Of a stretch of 64,000 bases of DNA, positions 48,359-57,815 are shown piece after piece. This DNA is from Planctomycetes bacterium TMED75 (GTDB lineage: Bacteria; Planctomycetota; Phycisphaerae; Phycisphaerales; SM1A02). The DNA lies in NCBI GenBank assembly GCA_002171655.1, contig NHEC01000016.1, forward strand, positions 3,656 to 67,655, in the 5' to 3' direction. A program made the translations under genes and the position numbers. Numbering within the stretch: position 1 is the first letter of the stretch; each line of letters opens with the position of its first letter. The notes under the pieces were generated by a model. That model ran no database searches. It saw only the letters and a program-made list of their open reading frames with translations, and was not told the DNA's origin.

Positions 48359-48540
48359 CGACTCGCTGCCGTGCAGCCCGTTTCCGAGCGACTCGTCAAC
48401 CAGCGATGAGACTGTGCAAAGACTAGCCACCTTGCGATTCAAACTGAGCGAGAGAACAAGTTCTGCACAGAGCCCGCTGCACCCTGGCTGAAAGCCTCTG
48501 AAACCTCTTTTTTCGATCCATGGAGGCTCCTTGCCATTCA

Positions 48541-48554
48541 CAATTTTAAAATTG
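48541..48554. promoter_or_regulatory. Perfect 14-bp AT-only palindrome caattttaaaattg (candidate operator)
   Basis: Read directly from the sequence. It sits about 105 nt upstream of the GH81 start, in the only AT-rich patch of that intergenic region. Confidence 0.4.
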
Positions 48555-48658
48555 CACCTTTTCCACAACCTCGTATCCTGAACTGCGTAGAAGTTCATCC
48601 TGGGGGCAACGTGCGCCGGTTCCACGAAGAGAGAACCTGAAAGACGCAAGGACATCCG

Positions 48659-51523
48659 ATGATCAGAGTGACCCCCTCCAACTGTGTGGGCATTGTGAGT
48701 CTTGCCCTCTTGCTCACTTTCCCCGGACAAGCCCAGGACACCCTTGAAGCGGGAGCTGGCACCTACCACTCTGATGTCCCCGAAGGACGTGAACGTCCCT
48801 CAAACTCTTCCGGCCAGCCAGTCAGCCCGAGACTTTCCGGAGAATTCGAAGGACCAGTCCCAACCAACGACTGGTCCAGCTCGATCGCCTTCCCCCGATA
48901 TGCCGGGAACGCCCACGGCGAACCGATGTTTCCCTGGCCGTTTTCCGTTCAGTCTTCAGACGACGGGGTGCTGCTGAATGCCTCCCCACCACTGATCCCC
49001 GGTAACGGGGGATACTTCGCCTACTTCAACTCGGCGGAACCTGACCTCGTGGTGGGAATGAGTCAGTTCAACGCCGTAGAAACCAGACTCGCTGCAGCCG
49101 GAGACTGGTCGATCACGGCGGAACTGACGGACGGTGTCCGACAACTGCGCTGCACCCTGGTCCGCGGGCTCCCCTTTGCAGCATTCAAGCTCGACAGCGC
49201 TCAGGCAGAACTTCGAATTCGCCCCGGTGCGACGATCATCGCTCAAGCACCGGGGTACATCATCTTCCAATCAGGTGGTGCGATATTCGGAGCGTTTGCC
49301 CCGGACCAATCGGAATGGATCGTCGACGGGCAGCTGATCCGATCTCAACTGGAAACCGGCGACTGGTTCAGTCTTGCGACACTTCCCGATTCTTCAGAAG
49401 CCACGATCGAAGTATTCCGTGCGCACGCAGGCGTTGAAGTCACGGGAACGCAGGTGAGCTGGAACTACGACCCCCAAGCCTCACGCGTTGAAGCAACCTA
49501 TGACTTTGAAACCGTGCTCCATTCGGGAACTCAGAAAAAGGTGCTCACGGGCCTGCTTCCCCATCAGCAACTGCACTGCGATGAGCCCAGACTCGGCCTT
49601 TCCTACGAGAGTGCCCGAGGTCGACTGGAACTCATCTCCGCCGAATCCTTCACACTCTCACTGCCGATCGCTCCGATTCTGCCCGGGCTCCCCGCCACGG
49701 ACCTCCTCGATCGAGAGGAGATCAGAGTCTTGCTGAGTGAAATCGGAAACGAAGACAATCCGATCAGCGCACCGGATTCCTACTGGGCCGGCAAACAACT
49801 CGGACGAGTGGCGGCAGCGGCTCAGACCGCGCACGATCTGGGCGAACCGCAACTCAGGGATCAATTCATTGAACAGCTGAAGCGCGAGCTTGAAGACTGG
49901 TTCTCGACGGGCACCGTTTCGAATGCAAATCGCATCGAAGCCGAGTCCTACACCGCCGAATCCGGAACCGAGTTCGAGTCTGGAGAAGACGACGGAACGG
50001 CAGTTGGTTCGATTGGCGGGGGCGACTTCATGCAGTACGACGGCGTGAACCTCGGCGGCATTCAACCGAGCAGAGTCCTGGTGCGCTTCGCCTCTGGAGT
50101 CGGCCAGGGAGGCAGTGCCATGATTCGCCTTCGGCTGGATGACACCAACGGACCAGTCATCGCGGAAGCGGCGGTCGGAAACACCGGCGGATGGGACGCC
50201 TGGACCACTGTCCCCCTCGGGGTCGCCGCCAACACCGGCGTCTCACTCGACGGAACACGTCCGCTGATCTTCAGCTGTGAGACCGGATACCCGGGCGAGG
50301 TACTTGCATTGGAGTGGATCGAATGGGACCTACCGGGCAGTGGCGTGGCCTCTCCGAAGGACCTGGCGTACTGCCCCGAGTGGACCACCCTCTTGGCCCA
50401 CCCCGGCAGCTACGGCATGGCAGGCGAACTCAATGACCACCACTTTCACTACGGATACTTCATCGCAGCCGCTGCAACCATCGCACGGTTCGATCCCGCC
50501 TGGGCATCCCCCGAACGCTGGGGCGGAATGGTCGATCTGTTGATCAAGGACGCGGCAAACTGGGATCGCAGCGATCAACGCTTCCCTTTTCTGCGCAACT
50601 TCGACCCGTATGCCGGGCACGCCTACGCCTCCGGGCATGCTGGATTCGCTGCTGGGAACAACCAGGAATCCTCCTCTGAATCAACACACTTCGCTCAAGC
50701 CGTTGTTCTCTGGGGAGAAGCAACCGCTCGCCCGGTGATCCGGGACCTTGGGTTGTACCTTCATGCACTCGAGACCCAGGCGATCGAGCAATACTGGTTC
50801 GATGCCGACCAGACCGTGTATCCCCCGGGTTCCGAACACCCCCTGGCCGGGATCGTGTGGGACTCGGGTGCGACCTACGCCACCTGGTGGACAGGGAACC
50901 CCGAGGAGATTCAGGGCATCAACCTGCTGCCAATCACTGGAGGATCGTTCTATCTCGGACGCCGAGCAGCGACGATGGAGCGTGCCTGGTCACACCTGCT
51001 GGAGCAAAATGGCGGGCTTCCAGTCGAATGGCGAGACGTCATCTGGGCCTGGAGGGCCCTGGTGGATCCCGCCGGAGCGGAAGCCTGGCTGGAATCCGAA
51101 TCTGCATGGAGTTCAGAACCCGGCCACTCCCGAGCGTTCATCACCTACTGGATTCGAAACCTCGCGAAGCTGGGGGTGCTGCAGCACCAGATCGTTTCCG
51201 ACTGCCCGACCGCCGCGGTGTTCGAGCTCGACGGAATACGTTCCTACGTCGCACACAATGGATCAAATGAGGAACGAGAGGTGCGCTTTTCAGACGACAC
51301 CAGACTGTGCGTGGGCCCCGGGCAGACTCTTCTGAGTCGTTCTGCTTCGGCCTGTTCAAGCTCCATTGCAGATCTTGACGGGGACGGATTCGTTGGTGGC
51401 TCGGATCTGACGCTGCTCATCGGATTCTGGGGAATTTGCGAGCGTGACTGTGCCGCTGATTTCGACGGCGACGGCGTGGTCGGCGGCGCCGACCTCACCC
51501 GCCTGCTGTCGGAATGGGGCTGA
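48659..51523 (+). CDS. Secreted GH81-family endo-beta-1,3-glucanase with an inserted CBM6/35-like module and a dockerin-like tail
   Basis: ELNDHHFHYGYFIAAAA, FDPYAGHAYASGH and NNQESSSES fit GH81 signatures as I recall them. An insert at about 49927-50330 (IEAESYTAESGTEFE...GDFMQYDGVNL...LEWIEW) looks like a CBM. The C-terminus is DLDGDGFVGGSDLTLLIGFWG...DFDGDGVVGGADLTRLLSEWG. Confidence 0.8.
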   Translation: MIRVTPSNCVGIVSLALLLTFPGQAQDTLEAGAGTYHSDVPEGRERPSNSSGQPVSPRLSGEFEGPVPTNDWSSSIAFPRYAGNAHGEPMFPWPFSVQSSDDGVLLNASPPLIPGNGGYFAYFNSAEPDLVVGMSQFNAVETRLAAAGDWSITAELTDGVRQLRCTLVRGLPFAAFKLDSAQAELRIRPGATIIAQAPGYIIFQSGGAIFGAFAPDQSEWIVDGQLIRSQLETGDWFSLATLPDSSEATIEVFRAHAGVEVTGTQVSWNYDPQASRVEATYDFETVLHSGTQKKVLTGLLPHQQLHCDEPRLGLSYESARGRLELISAESFTLSLPIAPILPGLPATDLLDREEIRVLLSEIGNEDNPISAPDSYWAGKQLGRVAAAAQTAHDLGEPQLRDQFIEQLKRELEDWFSTGTVSNANRIEAESYTAESGTEFESGEDDGTAVGSIGGGDFMQYDGVNLGGIQPSRVLVRFASGVGQGGSAMIRLRLDDTNGPVIAEAAVGNTGGWDAWTTVPLGVAANTGVSLDGTRPLIFSCETGYPGEVLALEWIEWDLPGSGVASPKDLAYCPEWTTLLAHPGSYGMAGELNDHHFHYGYFIAAAATIARFDPAWASPERWGGMVDLLIKDAANWDRSDQRFPFLRNFDPYAGHAYASGHAGFAAGNNQESSSESTHFAQAVVLWGEATARPVIRDLGLYLHALETQAIEQYWFDADQTVYPPGSEHPLAGIVWDSGATYATWWTGNPEEIQGINLLPITGGSFYLGRRAATMERAWSHLLEQNGGLPVEWRDVIWAWRALVDPAGAEAWLESESAWSSEPGHSRAFITYWIRNLAKLGVLQHQIVSDCPTAAVFELDGIRSYVAHNGSNEEREVRFSDDTRLCVGPGQTLLSRSASACSSSIADLDGDGFVGGSDLTLLIGFWGICERDCAADFDGDGVVGGADLTRLLSEWG

Positions 51524-51540
51524 GCCCGTTGAATGGAGGC

Positions 51541-53220
51541 CTAAGAGGCCGGTGAAGCAAGCGCTTCGAGGCACCGGGTGATTCGACGGACCGTTCGCGC
51601 CCGTCCCAGCATGACCAAGGTGTCGAAGATCGGGGGACTCACCGGCCCCCCCGTGACCGCGATGCGCAGTGGCTGTGCGATGCGCCCAAGATTTCCATCG
51701 CAATGTTCGGCCGCCCAGTCCCCGAGCTGCTGCTCAAGAGCCCCGCTTTCGAATGGTTCGATCGTCTCGATCAGTGGCTGCACTTTCGCGAGCAGCTCAA
51801 GCCCAGTCGGATCTCCCTTGAGCATCGCCTTGCGGACGGGCTTGCTCACCGGCCAGACGACATCCTCCTCATCAAGCAGCAGCCAGTTGTTGCTTCGAAA
51901 GAGTTCATCAAGAGTCTTCGACCGTTCGCGACTGGCCTCCACCAGCAGTTCGAACTGTTCAGGCGTCAGTTGCTCGATAAATTTCGGATGAAATTGCCGA
52001 CCGTGGGCAAGTGCCCGTTCATGGAATTCTTCGGGAGTCATGGCCTGGATGGCGTCGAGATTGAAGGCGAGCAACTTGTCCCGATCAAATCGGGCAGCGG
52101 TCTTCTGGACTCGGCCCAGATCGAAATGCTCGGAGAGAAAGGTCGTGTCGAACTTCTCCAGGTCGTCCCCCGGTGACCAACCATTGAGTGCCAGAAAATT
52201 ACACAGCACCTCCGGAAGGTACCCTGACCTGCGGAAGTCCTGGACGTTGATTTCGGGGAGCTGGGCACCGACGGCTTCGGCCAAGCGAGTCAGCTGATCG
52301 TGGTCCAACTGGGCCTTCTTGTCACCGAGCCACGCGGAGAACACCGCCGGATCAATGGATCCCTCAGGGGGCGCTTCCAGGCCCGCGGCCTTCACCGCCG
52401 CCCGAACGGCCTTGTCCTTGTCGCGCTTGGACATCTTCGAACCATCGGGATTCATGATCAACGGAAAGTGCGCGTAGATCGGATGCTCGAATCCAAGCGC
52501 GTCCTGAATCAGCAGGTGCTTCGCGGTGTTGTTGAAATGCTCCTGCGCCCGAAAGACGTGAGTGCAACCCATGAGTGCATCATCGACCACCACCGCGAAA
52601 TGATAGGTCGGGAACCCATCGGCCTTGCGAATGATGAAGTCATCGACCTCACCCGCCGGAAGGGTGGCCTCGCCGAGGACCGCATCCTTGATCACGACCG
52701 GCTGGTCAGGCGTTCGGAATCGAACCACATGGGACTCGCCCGCCTCCGCTCGCGCAAAGCGCTCCGCACGAGGCACCTCGAGACCGGCACGGTCGTATCG
52801 ATAGGCCTGCTTGGCCGCACGAGCCGCGCGCCGCTTCTCGTCCAGTTCAGCGGACGTATCAAACGCATGGTAGGCCAGGTCCTGCTCCAGCAGATCAGCG
52901 AGGTAGCGTCCGTAAAGATCCAGCCGTTGTGACTGAAAATACGGTCCGTGCTCCCCACGCTCACCCTCGGACTCATCCGGGCCCTGATCCCAGTCGAGGC
53001 CCAGCCAGCTGAGGTCTTTCATCGCCTCTCGCGCCGCGCCCATCGAGGACCTCTTCTGATCGGTGTCCTCGATCCGCAGAACGAATTCACCCTGATGCCC
53101 CTTCGCATACGCCCAGCAGAACAAGGCGGTTCGGGCCCCTCCAACGTGCAGGTCTCCCGTGGGGCTGGGGGCAAATCGTGTGACGGCGGCAGAATGAGTG
53201 GATTGGTGTGGAGTGGGCAT
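51541..53220 (-). CDS. gltX: Glutamate--tRNA ligase
   Basis: [20 protein letters not shown] (HIGH-type motif) and KMSKRD (KMSKS). Confidence 0.9.
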   Translation of the reverse strand: MPTPHQSTHSAAVTRFAPSPTGDLHVGGARTALFCWAYAKGHQGEFVLRIEDTDQKRSSMGAAREAMKDLSWLGLDWDQGPDESEGERGEHGPYFQSQRLDLYGRYLADLLEQDLAYHAFDTSAELDEKRRAARAAKQAYRYDRAGLEVPRAERFARAEAGESHVVRFRTPDQPVVIKDAVLGEATLPAGEVDDFIIRKADGFPTYHFAVVVDDALMGCTHVFRAQEHFNNTAKHLLIQDALGFEHPIYAHFPLIMNPDGSKMSKRDKDKAVRAAVKAAGLEAPPEGSIDPAVFSAWLGDKKAQLDHDQLTRLAEAVGAQLPEINVQDFRRSGYLPEVLCNFLALNGWSPGDDLEKFDTTFLSEHFDLGRVQKTAARFDRDKLLAFNLDAIQAMTPEEFHERALAHGRQFHPKFIEQLTPEQFELLVEASRERSKTLDELFRSNNWLLLDEEDVVWPVSKPVRKAMLKGDPTGLELLAKVQPLIETIEPFESGALEQQLGDWAAEHCDGNLGRIAQPLRIAVTGGPVSPPIFDTLVMLGRARTVRRITRCLEALASPAS

Positions 53221-53460
53221 TCTGGAAGCCTACCCGCTTCAGGAACCCGGTGCCCTCAACATGGGCGGTGCCACCGGCGCCGGGCGAGATTGAACTCGAT
53301 GCATTTCCATCAATTCAGGGGAAAGATCCCCAGATATCTTGCGGGCCGCTCGCACCTCAGGGATAGTGCTGGTGCATTGGGACCCAGAAGAGCGGAAGGA
53401 CACGCCAAGGGAACCAAATTGTTGGAAACAGTCACTCCGAAAGGATTTTGGGTGCCGACA

Positions 53461-55653
53461 ATGTATGAAAACAACACGCGGGGAATCATTGATTCGTTCA
53501 TCATCGAAGAGGAGTCAGGCGTGACGAGTGCAAGCGATTACCCAGCGTCCGAAATCTTCGGAGAACTCACGTTCACCGGAGACGTCATGCTCAAGCGGCT
53601 TCCCCCTGAAATCTTCATGAATCTCGAGCAGACGGTGAAGGCAGGCAAGCGCCTGGATCCGATGATCGCCAACACGGTGGCAGCGGCCATGCGGGAGTGG
53701 GCGCTCGAGCACGGGTGCACGCACTACTGCCATTGGTTCCAACCACTCACCGGGGCCACTGCGGAAAAGCACGATGCTTTTCTTTCGCCATCAGGTGACG
53801 GGAATGCCATTGAGAAGTTCTCTGGAGCGGAACTCATTGAAGGTGAACCCGATGCCAGCTCGTTCCCCTCCGGTGGAATACGAGACACCTACGAAGCCCG
53901 TGGCTACACCGCATGGGACGCGACCAGCCCCGCATTCATCCTGAAGACTTCCGACGGCGTAGCCACCCTCTGCATTCCAACCGCCTTTGTTTCGTGGACC
54001 GGCGAAGCTCTCGACAAGAAAACGCCCTTTCTGCGCTCGATCGAAGCAGTCAACCGACACGCGGCCCGCATCATCGAGTTCTTTGGCAACGGAGCCGGCA
54101 GCGATCAGATCATCACCACCCTGGGATGCGAACAGGAATACTTCCTGGTGGACCTCGACCTGGCTCGTGAACGACTGGATTTGGCCATCTGCGGCAGGAC
54201 CCTCCAGGGACACCCTGCGCCCAAGGGCCACCAGCTCGACGACCACTATTTCGGAGCCATTCCAGATCGAGTCCTGGCGTTCATGGCCGAAGTCGAGCAC
54301 CGACTCTTTGAACTCGGGATTCCGGTCAAGACCCGACACAACGAAGTTGCGCCCGGCCAATTCGAGATCGCGCCGACCTTCGAAAGCTCCAACGTCGCCG
54401 CCGACCACCAGATGATCACCATGCACGTGCTGCGCCAGGTGGCTGGCCAACATGGCTTTGCTTGCCTGCTGCACGAAAAACCGTTTGCCGGCATCAACGG
54501 CAGTGGCAAGCACAACAACTGGTCGATCTCGACCGACTCCGGGGTGAATCTCCTCGACCCTCGGGATGAAACCCACTCGAACATGCAGTTCCTGGTGTTC
54601 CTGTGCGCCGTGATCCGGGCGACCGATCTCCATGCGGACCTCCTCCGGGCTTCGATCGGCACCGCAGGCAATGACCATCGACTCGGAGCCAATGAAGCCC
54701 CCCCCGCGGTGATGTCGATCTACCTCGGTGAGATGCTGACTGACATTCTGGACCAGGTCGAATCCGGTCGCGCCAAGACCACCAAGCATGGAGGCAAGCT
54801 CGACCTGGGAGCCGACTCACTTCCGCTGATTCCTCGCCACTCCAGCGATCGCAATCGAACCAGCCCCTTTGCATTCACTGGAAACAAGTTCGAACTTCGT
54901 GCCGTGGGCGGGAACACCTCGGTGGCGTGGCCCAACACCGTACTCAACACCATGATCGCGGAAAGTCTCGACTGGTTTGCTACGGAACTGACGAAAAGAG
55001 CAGGCGCTCAACCCACCAACGCCAAACGAAACACCGCCGCGAGGGCCGTTCTGAAGGAAGTGGTTCGCAAGCACCGCCGAGTCTGCTTCGATGGAGATGG
55101 CTACAGCACCGACTGGCTGGAAGAAGCCCAGCGGCGGGGACTGCCGAACCTCGAATCGACCGCGGACGCCCTCCCGGTACTCAAGAGCAAGAAGAGTCTG
55201 GACCTCTTCAAGAAGTACAAGGTCCTCAACAACCGCGAGCTCAAGGCACGGTATGAGATTCTGGTCGAACAGTACGTCGCGATTCTCCAGATCGAGACCA
55301 ATACCCTTTGCACCATGTTGCGCACTCAGATCCTGCCCGCAGCGCTGCGCACCCAGGCACAGTTCGCCGACGCGGTGGCTGCCACGCAGGCCACGGGCGC
55401 CAGCTGCACGGCCAGCGAGAAGCTGCTCCAGGAGCTGCTGGCGGCCACCAACGAGGTCCATGAATCCCTACTCATTCTCGAACAGCAGCAAAAGAGGGAA
55501 TTCAAAACTCCGGAAAAAGCGATGAAGAGCCGGCATGAAGACCTTGTGCCAGCGATGAACGCCGCACGAGAGGCCGCGGATCGCATCGAAGGCTTGATTC
55601 CTGCCGATCTGTGGCCACTCCCAACCTACGCCGAGATGCTTCTGCTTCGCTGA
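53461..55653 (+). CDS. glnN: Glutamine synthetase, type III
   Basis: About 730 aa from MYENNTRG.... [11 protein letters not shown] and [20 protein letters not shown] are typical of GSIII. The upstream 171 codons of the track ORF overlap gltX antisense and look spurious. Confidence 0.88.
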   Translation: MYENNTRGIIDSFIIEEESGVTSASDYPASEIFGELTFTGDVMLKRLPPEIFMNLEQTVKAGKRLDPMIANTVAAAMREWALEHGCTHYCHWFQPLTGATAEKHDAFLSPSGDGNAIEKFSGAELIEGEPDASSFPSGGIRDTYEARGYTAWDATSPAFILKTSDGVATLCIPTAFVSWTGEALDKKTPFLRSIEAVNRHAARIIEFFGNGAGSDQIITTLGCEQEYFLVDLDLARERLDLAICGRTLQGHPAPKGHQLDDHYFGAIPDRVLAFMAEVEHRLFELGIPVKTRHNEVAPGQFEIAPTFESSNVAADHQMITMHVLRQVAGQHGFACLLHEKPFAGINGSGKHNNWSISTDSGVNLLDPRDETHSNMQFLVFLCAVIRATDLHADLLRASIGTAGNDHRLGANEAPPAVMSIYLGEMLTDILDQVESGRAKTTKHGGKLDLGADSLPLIPRHSSDRNRTSPFAFTGNKFELRAVGGNTSVAWPNTVLNTMIAESLDWFATELTKRAGAQPTNAKRNTAARAVLKEVVRKHRRVCFDGDGYSTDWLEEAQRRGLPNLESTADALPVLKSKKSLDLFKKYKVLNNRELKARYEILVEQYVAILQIETNTLCTMLRTQILPAALRTQAQFADAVAATQATGASCTASEKLLQELLAATNEVHESLLILEQQQKREFKTPEKAMKSRHEDLVPAMNAAREAADRIEGLIPADLWPLPTYAEMLLLR

Positions 55654-55798
55654 AAAGCAGCCCACATCCTGCCTCCGCCAACTGGAGAGGATTCGGGGCG
55701 TTTGGTACGATTGCATGCTTCGACCCTGCAGCTCCGAGTCAGAGCGGCTCCAGCCAGGGCTCAAGCGCTCACGATCAACCCCAGACCAGAGGGCCCCC

Positions 55799-57328
55799 AT
55801 GGACACTGCCGCCGAAGAACTGAACATCGACGTCTCGATTGAAGAGGATGGCCCTTCGGCCAGGAAGCTGTCCATTACGGTCCCGGCCGAAACCGTGGAT
55901 GAACGGATCGAGTCCGCTTACGGCACGCTCCAGATGCAGGCGGAACTTCCAGGCTTCCGAAAGGGGCGGGCACCTCGACAGCTGCTCGAGAAGCGATTTG
56001 GCTCCCAGGTCATCGACGAGGCTCGAGGGCAGATGATCATGGCCGCCTACCAGCAGGCGATACAGAGCCACGAGCTCAAGGTCGTTGGCGATCCGGAATT
56101 CCCGGATGAACTGATGGACAAGAAGCTCGAACGCGGCACTGCCTTCGCCTTCGAAGTCTCGATCGAGGTCACTCCTGAATTCGAAATGCCCGAGCTTGAA
56201 GGCGTCGACATCAAGAAGCCGATCTTCGAGATCGAGGACAGCCACATCGACGATGAAATCGAACGACTTCGCTATCGCTTCGGTTCCCCAGAACAAATCA
56301 CCGATGGATTCCAACCTCTGGATCGAGTGGTCGGCAAGGCCGTCGTCGATGTCGAGGACCACGAAGGCGTGTTCTTCGAGACCGACAAGGCTCTGGTCGT
56401 CTATCCCCCGAAGGAAGACGACGGCAAGGGACCCGTCCTCGGGCTCATGTTCGATGATCTCGAGAAGACCATCAAGGGAAGCAAGGTGGGAGACGAGGTC
56501 GTCTTCAAGACCGTCGGCCCCCCCGCACACGAACGACAGGAACTTCGTGACAAGAACGTCACCATCACCTTGACCATCGAAGATGCAGAACGGATCACTC
56601 CACTGGAGCTCGACACCCTCACCGCCACCCTTGGCCTTGAGGATGAAACCATGCTCAGGGAGCGAATACGTCTTGAAACCGAGACACGGCGGGACCAGGA
56701 GCAACGAGCAGCGGAGCGCGAGCAGGTCTTTGAATACCTCCTCGACCAGACCAGCCTGGAGCTTCCCAAGCGAATCTCTGAAGCCCAGGTCGCCAGATCA
56801 ATCGAGCGCCAGCGAATGGAGCTGCTCTATCGGGGAGAAGACCCCGAAGCGGTCGAAAAACAGCTTGCCGAGATGCGAGAGCAGACTCAAGACCAGGCAA
56901 TCAACCGGCTCAAGTTGCTCTTCATCATGGACAAGATCGCACGCCACTTCGAGATCGACGTCAATGACCAGGAAATCAACGGCCGCATCGCGATGATCGC
57001 CCGGCAGAGAAACGAACGCCCCGAAGCCGTTCGCGCAGAGCTCCAGAAGACTGGTGGTATCCAGGAAGTCGCTCGCCAGATCGTTGAACACAAGGCTGCG
57101 GACCGAATCGTTGACCAGGCATCGGTGACGGAAATCCCCGCTGAAGAGTGGAACAAGATCGCCCAGGAAAAGAGCAAGCAACGCAAGGCCGGTTCCGGCG
57201 GTGATGACTCCAAACCCGCCGCGAAGAAGAGCACTTCCAAGAAGAAGTCCACCAAGAAGGCGGCCTCCAAGGACGCCAGTGCCAAGAAGAAGAAAACCAC
57301 CAAGAAGACCACCAAGAAGAAGTCCTGA
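55799..57328 (+). CDS. tig: Trigger factor with a Lys-rich C-terminal tail
   Basis: LPGFRKGRAPRQLLEKRFG is the TF signature GFRxGxxP. PPIase-like and C-terminal arm regions follow. The tail is KKSTSKKKSTKKAASKDASAKKKKTTKKTTKKKS. Confidence 0.9.
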   Translation: MDTAAEELNIDVSIEEDGPSARKLSITVPAETVDERIESAYGTLQMQAELPGFRKGRAPRQLLEKRFGSQVIDEARGQMIMAAYQQAIQSHELKVVGDPEFPDELMDKKLERGTAFAFEVSIEVTPEFEMPELEGVDIKKPIFEIEDSHIDDEIERLRYRFGSPEQITDGFQPLDRVVGKAVVDVEDHEGVFFETDKALVVYPPKEDDGKGPVLGLMFDDLEKTIKGSKVGDEVVFKTVGPPAHERQELRDKNVTITLTIEDAERITPLELDTLTATLGLEDETMLRERIRLETETRRDQEQRAAEREQVFEYLLDQTSLELPKRISEAQVARSIERQRMELLYRGEDPEAVEKQLAEMREQTQDQAINRLKLLFIMDKIARHFEIDVNDQEINGRIAMIARQRNERPEAVRAELQKTGGIQEVARQIVEHKAADRIVDQASVTEIPAEEWNKIAQEKSKQRKAGSGGDDSKPAAKKSTSKKKSTKKAASKDASAKKKKTTKKTTKKKS

Positions 57329-57340
57329 TCGGATTCACTC

Positions 57341-57709
57341 GTGCGTTCTTCCAAGATCAGCCCGGAGCTCGCTGCAATCAACCAACAGGGTGGCTCCTTT
57401 GCCGAGCTGCTCCCTTGGCTCCTGCTGCTGGTCGGCATCGTGGTGGTCGGAGCGGTGGCGATCTCATTCGTCCGACGATGGATGAAGGACGACGGCCGCC
57501 CTCGCCAGATCGGATTCACCCTCACGGACCTTCGCCAGATGCATGCCGACGGCCGACTTTCCAAGGAGGAACTCGATAAGGCCGAGCAACACCTCATCAA
57601 GAAGGTCCGATCAACGATGAGCCCCGAAGACCTGGCTCGGAGGGACGAAATCCGGGCTTCCAGCTCATCCAACTCCTCCAAACGGAACAACCCGACTTCT
57701 GAGGGATGA
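57341..57709 (+). CDS. Small membrane protein with a SHOCT-like C-terminal motif
   Basis: TM helix LLPWLLLLVGIVVVGAVAISF. LRQMHADGRLSKEELDKAEQHLI resembles the SHOCT pattern. GTG start. Confidence 0.5.
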   Translation: MRSSKISPELAAINQQGGSFAELLPWLLLLVGIVVVGAVAISFVRRWMKDDGRPRQIGFTLTDLRQMHADGRLSKEELDKAEQHLIKKVRSTMSPEDLARRDEIRASSSSNSSKRNNPTSEG

Positions 57710-57815
57710 CTTCGCTGAATACTTGAGCGACCTGAAGACGGAAGGCTCTGCCTCCGATACACTAAAAATCGCGTCGACGAACCCTCCCGACCACTGATTC
57801 CCCCCCACCCAGCGT

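Noticed and set aside
47651-48420. A tmRNA or a group II intron domain V in the unassigned locus.
   Set aside because: There is no tRNA-like acceptor/T-arm (GGTTCGAATCC...CCACCA) and no convincing DV hairpin. The best DV-like stretch, gtacacc..ggtgcac, has mismatches. No reverse transcriptase ORF is present.
46259-48658. A genomic island integrated at tRNA-Val.
   Set aside because: I saw no integrase, no direct repeat of the tRNA 3' end and no obvious compositional shift. The adjacent RCC1 gene shares the dockerin-like tail with genes far from the tRNA.
53221-53460. A glutamine riboswitch or sigma-54 promoter upstream of glnN.
   Set aside because: I found only loose resemblances (cggaagga...aagggaac, and tggtgc-n5-gggac). 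Neither matches the consensus well enough to claim without a covariance-model scan.
53791-54789. A 332-aa minus-strand ORF. The same judgement applies to 32610-33458, 8835-9623, 7087-7695 and 5147-5860.
   Set aside because: All are antisense to well-supported genes: glnN, the oxoprolinase, UDG, the DUF2617-like gene and the HEAT-like gene. They are GC-rich shadow frames.
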